A DNA stretch of 64,000 bases from Blasia pusilla (Eukaryota). The translations under genes and the position numbers were made by a program. The notes under the pieces are model-generated. The model was not told the DNA's origin and searched no databases. It saw only the letters and a program-made list of their open reading frames with translations. The stretch spans positions 24,800,001 to 24,864,000 of the forward strand of contig CM114271.1 of NCBI GenBank assembly GCA_050084515.1. Direction: 5' to 3'. This document shows positions 13,871 through 27,800 of this stretch, piece by piece; the stretch's first letter is position 1; every line of letters begins with the position of its first letter.

Positions 13871-15254
13871 GACCAAGTGATATTTATTTCCAATGCTAAC
13901 TTGAGTACCTAGATCGGCATAGAGTATTGCCCTACCATGCTTCTTGTTACTACATTTTACACGTCTTGGGGTGCACAAGAGAGTAGGTTTGAGTGCCACA
14001 TGGTTAGTTTCCAAATGAAAAAGATTTTACTATGAGGGTGAGAGTGATGATGCAAGAGGTGCAAAGGTGTTATGAGGGCATCCCCTTCCAAGATTTTGAG
14101 AGGCAAGGTAGTGATAGTAGCATTGGAGGGTTTAGGAGAGTGTGGTGAGAGATAGAGGATCTTCCTATAAGGAATCAAATCAACATCCCTCTGTATTATC
14201 CTTAGATGGAGAAGGACACGACATCACCCACAACATCAAGGAGTTATCCCACACAAGTCTATGTCCCCTACTCTCATATATCAACCATGCTTATAACATC
14301 ATTGTGCAAGCAAACACTGCAAAAAGAAAACCCAACACTCATAAACATCTCATAAGTGTAGGGAAAAAGGATGGGATAGATAACTTCAAATACAATGTTG
14401 ATGTTGCCTTGACAATTGCAAGCCTCTACCAACTTAGATGGAATACCAAATTCCTCCTCGATTGTGGAGTGAAGACCAATATGGTAATGGGTGGTATGAC
14501 ATAACAATGAAATTAAATGTTTGAGTTAACGATTAACCGGAGGAATAGAAAAGAGATGATGATGATGTAATTTCTCCCCTTCTACTTGACCATCCTTTTT
14601 ACAAATTCCTTGGATTCCCCTACAATTTAGGATAAATCCCTCATACCAAAAAAGTGTTCCATACCAACCAACCAAACCTCCCCCCCCCCCAAACCAAAAA
14701 ACATGAAAAATCCTCTTAGATGATTTTTCACTCAAAAACTTCCCCAAATAACTATTTACCTTAAACAAATCCGCAAATTCTCCTCTCACATGACAAGAAT
14801 GGCCATTTCTTCACACATATAAGTCCAAACAATGAGTTTTTGGTTGACAAAAACCATAGCTCTCCAAACTATGACATAAAAATGTCAATGCTAAAATAAT
14901 ACTTCACCTCTATAGTGTTATTTGATCGGCTTGCAAATGCCATACAAAACTCGCTTTGCTTGTCATCTTTGTGAGTAACCATTGCTTTTAGGCCCAACAT
15001 ACTCCAATCCATACGTATCTAGAATGGACGATCCCTAAAAGATCTCTAAAAAATTGATGAGGATGTCAACTTTTCCTTGAGTATATGAAATGATCACTCC
15101 TGATTATCTCCCTAATGCCATACCTAATCGTGAGAGAATGAAGAGTTATGTAGTGATTTGATAATTAGTAGGAAAAACTTATTAGATAATTCAATCTTGC
15201 ATCAACAACCGCTGCATCTAGAAGTTCTATCCTTGATGAAAAGCTCTCAATAGG

Positions 15255-15850
15255 ACACCGTTGGTCATGTAGGCATCATCAATGTTGCATGTATGAAGTG
15301 TCTCTGACAACGTAAAAGACTTTGGAGCCCGCGCATGTCACCCATCAATCCCCTCATGTAGGTCGATCTCAACTCCACCTCTTTATGGCTCGGTCACTCT
15401 GGTAGCACCAAGAGTCACCACCACAATAACCTCTACCTAAGCCGTACTACACATAAATCTCAAACTAGTGTCATCCTCCCTCGTATCTTGATACTACGGC
15501 ATGTTGGAGCTAAAGTAGCTACTCTTGGCTTCGTATGCATCATTGGTTGTGTCATTGACATGGTAGCAATCCTTCGATCCAACTAATCGGAGACGACCTT
15601 GGACCTATACCATATTTTGGGCAATCCCTCTGCTTATGGGTTCCACCACACGTCTAATTGGACAACGCCGGTCCCTGCCAGCCAACGTATGTTGGTACGG
15701 GTCATTGCTTTATGGGCTTACGATATCCGCCTTGCTCCGTGGGCACACTTGCCAGCTCTTATGGCATTTGGGCATCTATGGGCTCTTGACACATGTGGAT
15801 TTTTGACTCTCTTGGAAATCCTGTGGTCATCACCTGCTCATCATCCATGT
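15255..15850 (-). pseudogene. gag-to-pol linker fragment of the DNMT-retroelement family
   Basis: The reverse complement of 15290-15422 aligns by eye to 51925-52065 (GTGGTGACTC..GAGGTGGAGTTGAGAT). Confidence 0.7.
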
Positions 15851-16869
15851 TGAGCTCAATCCGCTCAGACATTGGAAGACTCCCTTCAATGTGGGCTTTT
15901 CCATGTGAAGCAACAAGAGTCGTTAAGCATGCTAACAAGAGTCACTACTAAGTGAGTTTCCAAGTGGGGGGAGCAAGTGTGGTCGAGTGAGAAGAACCTC
16001 ACTCTTCCAAAAGAGTTTTCTGCGAAGCTGTTTGCCAAGTATGTTGGTCCGTATGTGATAAAGGAAAACCCGTTTTAGGATATTTATATATTGACTAGTA
16101 GAAAAGAGGTCATTTTGAACCACCATGTTTGTGATTCGTGTTACTAAGAGTTGTTTAAATTACACGTTGTGAATCCCAAACCGATTAATTGACTGTTTAA
16201 TTACTTACAAGATATTCGAGTCACATTTACTGACGGCTACAAACTCAGAGAAGGGCAGAGAGTTCACAATCGGGATGGAGATAAACTATAACTAAGATGG
16301 ACTAGAAAAAATATGTGTTATTTTAATTTTTCTTCCAAAGATTAAATATTACCTAGTTTTATTTTATATTATTTTAAAAATATGGTGTGTCTTATCTAAA
16401 ATCCTTTTGAAGTCAAATGCACTAAAGTATGTTGAACTCAATTTTATAATAAGATAAAATTTGTGTGTATGATATTTGAAATAATGAGATTATTTTTTAT
16501 TTCATATAATTTTGAAATAGTGATATGGAAGGTATAATAGTAGTGCCCAATAATTAGAACATAGACACGCGAGTAAAAATTATTTATTTAAAATGAAAAT
16601 TAATACTTAGTAAGTCATACATAATTCATATAATGATCCCATGAATTTATTTTTTCTTTGTTTGGGGAAGGGGAGGGGGGGCAATATCCATAGATGAGAG
16701 CTTTAAAAATATGTAAAATGATGTGCAAAAGTTTAGGCAAGAGGGATCAAGCTCACTTGATTAAATTGAAACCTGACCACTATTTCAATATCTTCCTAAA
16801 GGGTGCTTTTCCTTACTGCTTTAGGAACAATTAATGGTTCAGAGTTTTCTACTGGAAAAGAATCAAAGA

Positions 16870-17200
16870 ATTAGTGATATTTATTAGGAGAGAATGTTTC
16901 TTTTTAATCAATTCCTTCTTTCTGTGAATATGCTTTAGCTACCAGCCTGGCCTTATACTTGAGAATACTTCTTGAAGAAGACCGTTTGATGTTGAGAACC
17001 CATTTACAAGAGACTATGTTGGTAGTATCTATGGATGACTTGCGCTTTATAGAATTTCAAACAAGAATCCAAGTTTTATTTTCATGAAGAGAGGAAATTT
17101 TAAGTTCCATAGCAATTTTCCATTTATGAGCATATGGTTTAGAGAGTGCTTTTGATTTAATGATTGGATCACATTGGATACAATAAGAGATAAGATTGTT
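16870..17200 (-). pseudogene. Ty1/Copia reverse transcriptase fragment
   Basis: Minus-strand CKWVL...YKARLVAKAYSQ..GID..ETFSP motif. Confidence 0.75.
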
Positions 17201-17869
17201 TGAGCCAACAACATCCTTAATATGTACTGGTATAAGTGTTCATGATGATCACGCTCGAATGAAAGGAAGTGGGTAGATGTCCAATGGGATTTTCTAAAGC
17301 AATAGCACCTTTTACTATGCTGAAGGATCTCCCACAAGTTCAAGATTTGTTTGTGGTACTGTCTGATTTGGGGCCTCCCACTATTTCAATATTTGCGTGA
17401 AGTATACTTTTCCTTACTGCTTTAACATTAAACATGAGAATATGAACGAGAATGAAGGATACAAAGTTTGGAAAGATCCGAGAATGGAGGTGTAGAGGAT
17501 CCTTGCATCATGTACAGATAGAGTTGTTCATGAAGTTGTTCCTTAGACCAGGGAGCATGTTAATGCTTGAGACACATGATTTTTGTATGACTCATCTATC
17601 ATATTGTATGTATAAGAAGTGAAGGTGATCGAATTAGATTACCAATTCACCTTTATAATTCCAAAATCTTGATGTAAGTGTTTTTGTAGAAAAGAAGTCA
17701 TGAGTGGGACTAGTTATCTATTAAATGTTCTTGTCAATTTTGGTTAATCTAATTGTGCTCATGGTGTGTTGGCCGAATATGTTGGTGTGCTCCCCACCAT
17801 CTTGCCCAAGCATTGTGTCTTTTTGAGAGCCATGATGACTCTTCTTTGTGTAGGGATCTAACAAGTGGA

Positions 17870-20770
17870 GGTGTTATATAAGGATCCGAGGAAGAGGAGT
17901 GGTTGGTGAGAGAAGACGATAGGATAGTATGGGCTTGTTTATACTAGGTGGATGTTTCCACTGAAGCATTTTATGAAAGTCTTGAAAGACCATGTCAGAA
18001 CAAGATACAAGCCTGAGGCAAGCATGAAAATGGGTTGCATTTTGCATGAAACCTTGGTATATTTGATAGAGTATATGGTGGGAGTTGAACATGTGAACGC
18101 TAGGATATGGAAAGCTGAGGAAGATGAAGGAGTAGTAGGTGAAGTTCTTCAAGGCAAAGGTTCCCATTGCAGTTGCCTAGATATATTTGGCAGATTGCTC
18201 ATGAATATGTGTTGCAAAACACTAATGTAATGCAATCATGGTGGCAGTGAGTAAACCTTCCCTCACTCAATCCTACATGATGTTGCATTTATCTGGGTAA
18301 TGATCTTGTTTTGATGTCCTTGCTCACCAAATCTTGTTCAGCTAATAATGGTATAACCTGTACAGGAAAAATGATATGGAGAAAAGTGCACATATTGTGG
18401 ACCATTTAGGGGGCTTTCCATCATTCACAGAATAGATTCGAGGGGCAATCCGAAAGCATTCTACAATGCCCACATATGGACAAGGATATCTACTTTTTGT
18501 CTGCTCCATCTCGAATGTCTATCGTAGGTTACAAGAGGATGAAAGCATATGGAAACCACTTTCGTATGGTAGATCAAAGTGGCATCATTTTGTCATATGC
18601 GATTCAGGGTTGATATCTGTATTTGAGCAAATGAGTAATGACCAAGATAGAAAATGGATGGAAATGGGATACATAGGAGAGCTTATTGATATATGGAAAT
18701 TGGACTATGGGAACACATCCAATCCTATCATTCTCATGAAAGGGACTTGGGTGCGACCAGATTGGCGCGAGGGTAGACCTACAATGAAGCGTGATAGTGA
18801 TGGTTTCTTAATAGCAAACGATGCTTGAGAAGTATGAACCTTTTGTGTTCCCAAGTTAGGTTGATTTGGCCTTCTTCTAGATGTGGAGGAGTTGCCAGAA
18901 CGGCGTGTAGTGTGCCACAAGCAAGCAAGGAATTGTAGGGTATCAAGTAATATGGTAGAGTTTAGTTTAGATGGCCATGGGGCTTTTGAAGGTCCTAGTA
19001 GAACCATTCAACCTGTCATAGTTGTCAGTATCCAATACGTACCAATGATGAGGATAGAAAGATGGGAGGGCAACATTGAGATTGCGTTGAAACTTAATGA
19101 TGCTTAGGGTTTATACCAAAAATTTGGGCATGGGTTCATAGGACCTTCACATTGTCTGTTGGAAACTAACTAAGCAAAATGTGATTCATGTGTAGTGATT
19201 GGTTGCATTGGAGTGTGTAATATATCGGTTATGGTTATTTTGTCGAATAGGATGGAAAATAAAATTGGAATGAAATTTGTGACTCTATGGAGGTCTGCGT
19301 CGCTTATGGGAAAAGATGACTTAAGGAATTGGTGGCATCATTGAAACAGACGGGTGTTGAATTGTAAGATTTGACATATTGAGCATTCAAGTTTGGGCCT
19401 TTGTGAATGATCAGAAGAAATATGCTTAATTCATGTTCTTGCAAAAAATTTCCTCATGTGTAGAGTGGGGACTTGTTCTAGGCAAGTGCCTGCCCGGCAT
19501 CCTTCAAAGATAGACACTTTCCATAGTAGATTGAAGAGACGAAGCTCTTGATTGCTTGGAAAGATATTGCCACCGAGGAAAAATCTGCTGACAAGATTGA
19601 TGCTTGCACCAAAGGTGAGGAGTCTCCAACTTGTGATCCAAACTGTCTTGGAGACTTTGCTGAATACGATCACTCAGGGTCAGATGAGCTTGCGGCTCCT
19701 AAGGAGCCGCAACCATCAATTGTTGGGGGAAAGAAGAAGTAGGTAATTTCCATATATCTATTGGAGTGGATCAATGTTTGCAATTGTCTCCATATGTAGA
19801 ATCATTTTCAAGGCACCGTCTCTAATTGGTGGTATGCATTGGAGTGGCAAAAAGGCACAGTTGGGGGGCCAAGTAATTGGGCAAGGGATGTATTTTCTAG
19901 GCGTGTTAATGATATTTGTAGTCAATGGGAAACATAAATGTACTAGACAGGGTCAAGGTGGCATGTCTCAAGGTGGTAGAGATGGCTCCTATGCACAGAA
20001 CTCGAAGCCAATTTCATTCCACGGTGGATATTGTCCATTGGGGCAAGGGTAGAATAGTAAGAACCTAACAATTTGCATTATCCAATTTCTCTTTTCCCAT
20101 ATTTCATAGGGAGATGGGGGGAACGTTTTATGATGTGCATGTGCACTACTCATACCATTTTTGTCGTGTGTGGACCCTCTGCAAGGTGGATTCTCCAACT
20201 ACAACGAGGGAAATTTTCATATGGTGCCAAATAGTCAAGATCGATTTGGAACTAGCCATGCCCTTTATGGAATCAATAATACTTCTCCAAACATGTATGG
20301 AAAAAACCAATGATTCAGTGGACCAACTGAAGGAGTGCAAATGACAAAGGGTATAGGTAATACCAAGTCACATTTAGAGAAGTATCGTCCCTACATGGAC
20401 AACTTCTTCCTTGTAGCTTTAGTAAGTTAGTGTAACTTGTAAGTGATTTTAATTCAATGTGTAAGTCTATTTGTAGGTGGATAGATTTGCAAAGTGTGAC
20501 GAATGCTTGAGTGAAGTGTGTCATGTGTGCAACAAACTATATGACTCTAGGCTTGCAAAGGGCAAGCGTTGGGAGATCATACACACCAAACTCAGTGATA
20601 GATAGGAGTGTGCGACACGAGGGGGTAAAATTTGGCAAAGTGGGTGAAAAAAGCTCAGGTTGGATCACCACAACTTCCAAAGGAAAGAATAGGTGGCATG
20701 CATATTTTAGAGCAGAGATATTGCGATGGCTTGACATCTCCATTGTGAAATTTTTAGACTGGCACATTAT
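17870..20770 (+). mobile_element. Second, more decayed CACTA remnant
   Basis: WMFPLKHFMKVLK..PEASM..EDEGVVGEVL (DUF4218-like) and LDYG..PIILMKGTWV..DGFLIAN (DUF4216-like), paralogous to 1050-2087. TnpA-like ILRWLDISIV near 20720. Confidence 0.8.
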
Positions 20771-20774
20771 GGAG

Positions 20775-23700
20775 TTTTTGTTCCTACGTCATGATCAGAG
20801 GTGATTGCAGACGAGGTGGTGGACATGCCCTTGGAGCATGTGCTCGGGCTCTCCACCTCAGATTCTTGGCACGTTGCGACTGCTAGGATGGCAGAGATGC
20901 CTGCTAGACCTGTGATAGAGTGTCCCATGGTGCTATGAGGAGTTGCTTTGCTGGATAACTGAGGAGAGGGATTCCATTTGGTTAGTCCAAGAGGTAGAGT
21001 GTTTTGTCCGCAACGCGTCTTGTTGGATTCTGGAGCGCAACCCTTGATGTTGGGGAAAGTGATATTTATAGGATTGGGCCTGACAAGGGCCGATGTGGAG
21101 CGTTGCCCATTTAGGATACATACATCCTTGGGTGGAGTGAATACGACGCAATTTATCATTTGACTAGAGGTCGTGGTGAGGATTCGATAGGGACATCCAT
21201 CAAATGAGTCTGTGGTGCGAGCCAAGGCGATAGTAACCGATGCCGAGTCCAATGACATCTTGGTTGGAAGACCAGTGTTATACCCGAGTCAACGTCCTAC
21301 AAACCAAGATCGTAGTCAGGTGATGAGTGGCTTAGTTTGTTACCCGTTCAATTCACGGGTGGAGTGATCGAGCAACGACATGGAGAGATGGTGACATTAG
21401 CAACATTCAGCAGTGCCATCACGTAGCCTAGTGATTTGATTGAGGGGCATGTCCATACAGAGGACACACCCGAGCTTGACATTTCTAGGGAGAGGAGTGT
21501 TTTGGTAGCCACATCATTCCGTGGAGGAGAGGTGCCTCTGTGGGGCTCAAGAGAGGAGCTTTGACACTTGGCCAATGAGCATGTGAAGATAGCGTGGAGT
21601 GAGACGTTTCCACCAAAGCATGGCGGGTCAAAGGAATGCAAGGTAGCCGGGAGTGCTACAATAACACCCTTAGATATGATACTAATTGTGTGGCCCATCC
21701 TAGACGAGGATATTTGGGTGTTGGATCTCTTAGGAGGGATCAACACTAGGTTGGCTGATTTTTTGCAAGCAAGAGTGCGCGTGCAGCAGTTCCTTTATGT
21801 GGAGCTTGATGAGGTTGCAAGGCGCGTTTCACTTCGACATGTGGCATAGGTACGCTTCCATTCTCCCGACTTGTTGTTTGCATCTGCCGTACAAGGGTGC
21901 CAGAGTTCCCTACCGAAGGATATTTTGTTGCTGGGGGTGCAAGATTTGGAGCGAATAGGGATCATTGATTTGGTCATTGCGGGTTGGCCATGTCAGGGCC
22001 AATTGAATGCTAGATGAGGTAGCGGGTTGGATGACACTAGATATAGGTTGTTTTGAGAGATGATGAGGATCTTGCGACACTTGCAAGAGCATCAGTCCCG
22101 TTATCCAGCTTAAATCTTGGAGAATGTATCAATTTTGGGCGATTCAAGGTCACAGGTGGTGACAAGTGCACATCAGGTGCATGCATGGATTGACGCAATG
22201 GTGTATTTGGCTGTGGGGAGTGTAGGTTCACGAGCATATTGCCCTATGATGGACCGATTGGTTACCACATGAGGTGTTGCGGAGGGCATATTTGAGAGTG
22301 GAGCACCCCTCCCATTTGTTGGTGGATTCTATTCTGGATCAAGGTCTTCAATCACATACAGTGCGGCACGATGATCGACTGCCGTTAAGTATAGTCAACA
22401 GGCATGTCACGGGCAACCTTTCCTACATTTGTGAGTTTTCCCGCTTCCTATGCATATAAGGAGTCTAATTCTGGCATGGTTTGGGATGATTAGAAAAAAT
22501 GGTTGGTGGAGCCCAACGCCAATGAGCGAGAGTGGGCGATGGGATTTCCCAAAGGAGTGATGGAAATATTGTCATTATTAGAGGCATCACAACGTCATGT
22601 CTCGGGTCAGGCGATGGACATGAACTGCTTGACATGGATTATCAACTTATGAGTATGTAGCTCAGTAGCATCAGATGAGGTTGCAAGAGGTCACAATTGT
22701 TGCATTGGTGAGCCCCATGCCTATCGAGATGGTTGAGGCAATGAATGGGGTCGAGATCCGAGGAGATCGACATGCCAGGGGTGATCGGGAGAGACACCCT
22801 TGGACTTCTTGAGATGTTTTGTAGGTATGACGAAAGATGATAGCTACAACAACGAGCGTACTTCTGGGTACTACACATGGAGGAGATGAGATTTGGCAGT
22901 TATCTATAGGAGAGCAGTCGAGTCATGTTGTTTAAGATGGGGTTGCACCATATCAACCACCAATACCCGCATCAAAGAGTCCTACCGTAGTCACGATGGA
23001 GACTTGGGAGCCATATATGGGCCCTTTGTTGATAGGAGGAGAGCGCGCGGCGCTGGATACATGAGTTCCTTAGGAGTTATAGGAGTTGTTTTGCATTTAG
23101 CATGCATAATTTGGGTATGTTGAAGGGTCCAAGGATCTGCATTGAGTTGTCTAGCGACACGTCGACCTTCCGATAATCCTATGGGTATAGTGATATGGAG
23201 AGGGCTCTGATTCAATGTAGGAGCTAGGACTTTGTTAGAAGAGGACTTTGTTAGAAGTGGAGATGTTGCATTGGAAGTATGCATCTGCTACTGTCATGCC
23301 CGCTAGGAAGGATGTGCATTGGCAACTATACGGAAAGGCGGATGTGTGGAGATTACCGACACATCAATCGGCAAACAGAGTCCGATAGATATGCTATGCC
23401 CACCCCCGAGGAGATCTTTGATGCTATTGGCTATGCAAAGGTGTTATATTGATGACATCATAGTCTAGTTATATGAGCGTCACGGTTGAGGAGCATGAGC
23501 GACATCTAGAGAAGGTGTTCCGACGATTGCAATTACATGGGCTAAAGCTATATCCAAGCAAGTGCAAGTTACTCTATGACTAGATTGAGTACTTGGATCA
23601 CACAATATACCCAAATGGTCTTGGTGTGCAACAGACAAAGGTAAAGGCTATTACACGCATTTCACGCTCTATAGATGTGAGTCGAGTTCGTGCATTCATG

Positions 23701-24296
23701 GAATTGGCGAACTTCTATTGAAAATATGTCAAGGGTTTTAGTTTGAATGCGAAGCCCCTAATCTTGCTCACTAAGGTGGATCACCAATGGCACTAAGGGG
23801 ATGAGCAGGAGAGAGCATTTTAGCTACTCTAGGACAGGTTGACGTCTGTGCCCATAATGAGAAGATTGATCGGGGGACGTCCTTTCTAGTTGCATAAAGA
23901 TTGGAGCACATTGGGGCTTGGAGCGATGCTCACCTAGCATGATGATGAGGGTAGAGAGTTTGTGGTGGCTTACGCTAGTCGCTCGAACAACGTTGCAGAG
24001 GCAAATTATATCTCGTATGAGTGTGAGTGCTTGGCTGTAGTGCATTTTAGGTGTTACTTGTTTGTCCACCCCTTGATCCAGCCACTTAAGTGGTTGATGG
24101 AGTCCAAAAAGCTTATAGGGAAGCTTGCAAGGTGAGCTCTGTTTTTGTAGGAGTATGATTTCTAGGTGGTGCATAGACGTGGGATGCTCAACCAGGATGT
24201 AGGTCGGTTGAGCCGTCACCCATGCTCAAGTCAGTGAGATGCGACTGGAGCTCATTGGCATGGAGAGGGTGATAAGGAGATGGTACCAAGATGGCA
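20775..24296 (+). mobile_element. DNMT-retroelement copy A, 5' part (protease, methyltransferase, internally deleted RT, RNase H); 5'-truncated
   Basis: VLLDSGAQP at about 21016; VLDLLGGINT and DLVIAGWPCQG; CGDYR..DRYAMPTPEEIF joined directly to CYIDD (deletion at about 23443); VVAYASRS. Confidence 0.9.
21715..22640 (+). pseudogene. DNMT3-like C5 cytosine methyltransferase domain of copy A
   Basis: Motif I VLDLLGG, motif IV GWPCQG with the catalytic Cys intact (TGT 21991-21993), motif VI ILEN, motif IX EREWAMGF and motif X VSGQAMD; internal stops present. Confidence 0.88.
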
Positions 24297-24358
24297 CTAC
24301 ATAGCCCAAAATCCCAAATAGGCTCACGATTCTTTGTTAGACCTTGCCATTGTTGTTA

Positions 24359-24844
24359 GGTCTCACACCAAGCTCTCCATGGTGTGAAATCTCTCTCTTG
24401 TTAAACCAAATCCACTCTCCTAATGAGAGGCTTGGGTTACACACACAAGGCAAGGAGGACCATAGCTCCGCCACCTTATGCCAAGAGGTACAACAAAGAG
24501 AGAATGAGCTCTCAAGCTCTCTCTCTTGGAGCTATACCCCCTTCCCTCTCCCAAGCCCTCTCCACGGTGACCTATGCTCACACGTCACCTCCTTGGCTCT
24601 TGACCTGTTGTAGCGGGTCAAGGGCCACTTTCCAAAGTGGAAAGTCAAATATATCAAAGATAAGAATATACCCAAAATAGTAAGTTCCTCAATATGGCTC
24701 CAAATGAGCCGAAACGAAGGGGAAATCTGCTCTCTCACGTTATCTGTGGCCTCAGAAGGTCATCCTTAACCTCCTGAGACTATCCTCAAGTATCTCCAAA
24801 GACGCTCTACTAGATCTCGCCGATCTATCCTAAAAGACATAACA
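24359..24844 (-). repeat. About 490 bp 'head' repeat (LTR-like) abutting the tail of copy B
   Basis: Homologous to 33739-34223 and, inverted, to 35907-36347. Begins TGTTATGTCTTTTAGGATAG on the minus strand. Confidence 0.9.
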
Positions 24845-24846
24845 GT

Positions 24847-27800
24847 TGTCGTGCGCATCCATATTGCTACACAACATACATCGCTGTCATCGAACATACA
24901 CACAAACACGCACAATCCCATGCTAACTCATGGCATCCAACCAACGAGCCAAGAAGTACCAAAATATCTTGAATCGCCCCCCTACTTGGTGGTTAGGTCC
25001 CTCTAACTCCATATAGCCATCTCTCTGTACGTGCCATGACATACATCTCTCGGACGCTAAGAGAAAAAAGGCCGGATGCTCATGTGGCCCCATCGTTAGT
25101 CGTCTTCTTGTCATCCATATCACAAACACAAGTTGGAATCTAGAACTACCTATTCTATGTACATCTGAGACATATCCATCGTCCCCAAGGAACCCTAGTG
25201 AGAGGTGGCGTGAGAGATGCCATATGCCACCCTCTCAAACATCCATCACAGACTAGCATAATGGTTGCAGCACGGGTGGAACCACACAACATTCATAGCA
25301 AGCCTGCAAGAACTACAACTAAGCTCGGATCAATTGTATTGTCAATGTTAGGAAGGTGACATGACACACAATTACGCGTATGGTCCTTCCAAAAGATACC
25401 ATCGCGTCCTTCCAATAAGAGAACACCAGATGGAAAAACCTCACGCACTCTCAAGATAATACGCTACGCAATCATATCCAACGTGGTGGGTACCGTTTGC
25501 TGCAAGTAGACATAGTCTCCTTGATGGAACCTCCGGATAGTCAGCCGATAACCACCTCCCCGAATAGTTGCGTACCTCAACGTATCCGGATATTGCGCAA
25601 TCGCCAAGTTTTTGAACGCCATGTGCATCACTCCGAAACAGCTCAACCCTTTGAGAACATGCTCGCATCCATACATCAGGGTCATCAAGGTTCAACACCT
25701 TACCAACATCTTGATGAATGGCCGTAGGTAAATCCGGCTCTCGGCCATAAAGTAGCAAGTACGGTGAGAAAGACGCTGAGGATGCTTGCTTGCTGAATTT
25801 ATATCCCATCGCCAACCACGGAAACAAGAGGTCCCAATCTCCTAGGTGACCTCTCTGCAAGCCATACTTGCGTAATCCTCTCTTCACCGTGTGCACAACC
25901 CTCTCCGCTTGTCCATCCGCTTCAAGATGATCTTGTGAAGTAGTGCGGTGGTCGGTCATCGCCTCATCACACAAAGTCTAAAACTTCCCACGAAACTCTT
26001 TACCCTGGTCTGTCAACACCTCAACTAGTGTGTCGTAATAACTCAACACTTGATCTAGGAAGGCAAACGCAACTCTCTGACTCGCTTTGTCAGGAAATCA
26101 ACCAACTCTATCCAATTTTAGAAGTGCTCGATCATCACCAATACATAACGACTATGGCGCTTCAGCAAAGGTAAAGGTCCTGAAAAATCCAAACTCCATC
26201 AATAACCGAAACCCATCATTGGGAGTGGATGTAACTGTGGAGTTGGAGCATTGAACGATGCTTGGACCCAATCACACACCATACACCTAGAAACAAATTG
26301 TTGAACATCAGTTTGCATGCCTCGCCACCAGTATTGTATCTGGAGCAAACTATATGTCTGCTTCACTCCAAAATGACCCAACTCCTCGTGGGCATGATGC
26401 ACCAAACGTGCTCTCTATGAAGGATGAGGCACTATACGTTCTCTACCATCCTCCCAAACTCGCAACACATATGTCCCCTCCCACCGGAACCGTCTAGCTC
26501 GTTGTAGGATCCGATCCCGCTCTCTAGCACCCACTATGCTCGCGACGCTGCCAGTACCTAGGTACTACAAGACTACTCCATCGTCGTGAATGTCTCAGCC
26601 ACTTGTCATCTCCTCATCGGGCTCTGGATCTAAGGAGTCTCCATCAGACCTGGCTATTGAAGTCTCAGCAATCTGGCTCTCCATAGCCAACAAGCCCCAG
26701 TAGGCATGCCATCCTCACAGCAACTCCTCATCACTCACTCCATGCCAACGAGTTCTAGTCGCATCTTGCTGACTCGGGCATGGGTTATGGCTCAAACCAT
26801 ATGCATCCTGGTTGAGCATCCTAGATCTATGCACCACCTCAAAATCATACTCTTGCAACAAACGAGCCTACCTCGCAATTTTCCCTATAAGCTTGTCGGA
26901 CTCCATCAACCACTTAAGTGGATGATGATCATTACTGATGGTAAAGACGTTGCCAAATGGATAACACCTGAAATGCATGACAATCCACACTGCATCCAAG
27001 CAATCATCCTCTTACAAGCTATATTTTGCCTCTCGAACATAAGCCACCACGAACTCTCTACCCTCATCGTTATGCTGGGTGAGCACGGCTCCAAGCCCCA
27101 ACATGCTCCAATAAGTATGCAACAAGAAAGGACATCCCCTGATTGGTCTCCTCAATATGGGCACGGACGTCAATCTATCCTTGAGCAGCTGAAATGCTCT
27201 CTCTTGCTCATCCCCCAGTGCCACTCCTGATCCACCTTGGTCAGTAAGGTCAACGGCTTCGCAATCGAACTGAAACCCTTGACGTACTGTCGATAGAAGT
27301 TCGCCAATCCCATGAATGCACAAACTTGACTCACATATGTAGGGCGTGGAATGCGTGAAATAGCCTTTACCTTCGTCAACTGCATACCAAGGCTACCTAT
27401 GTATATTATATGATCCATGTACTCAATCTAGTCGTAGAAGAACTTGCACTTGCCTGGATGTAGCTTCAGCCCATGAAACTGCAATTGTCAAAACACCTCC
27501 TCTAGATGTTGCTCATGCTCCTCAACCATGGCGCTGAAGACTACAATATCATCAATATAACACCTAGAAAAATCTAGACTTACCAAGAGCTTACCCATGA
27601 CCCTCTGAAACTCATCCGAGGTGTTCTTTAACCCAAATGGTAAGAACCGCCACTAGTACAAGAAATCCCTCCCATGAGGATTGATGCCCCAAAATGCGGG
27701 CTTCTTCCTCTAATCTGATAGATAGCTGATGGTATTTGACTCAAAGATCTAAGGAACTAAAGAACTTTGCATGCCCAATAGCATCAAAGATCTCATGAGG

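Noticed and set aside
13920-15000. Possible LINE or other TE coding remnant
   Set aside because: I could not find a diagnostic motif in any frame.
24344-24738. Recurrent small ORFs (MRGLGYTHKARR...) also at 33764 and 36077
   Set aside because: They recur only because they lie in the head repeat, are antisense to the element, and show no recognisable domain.
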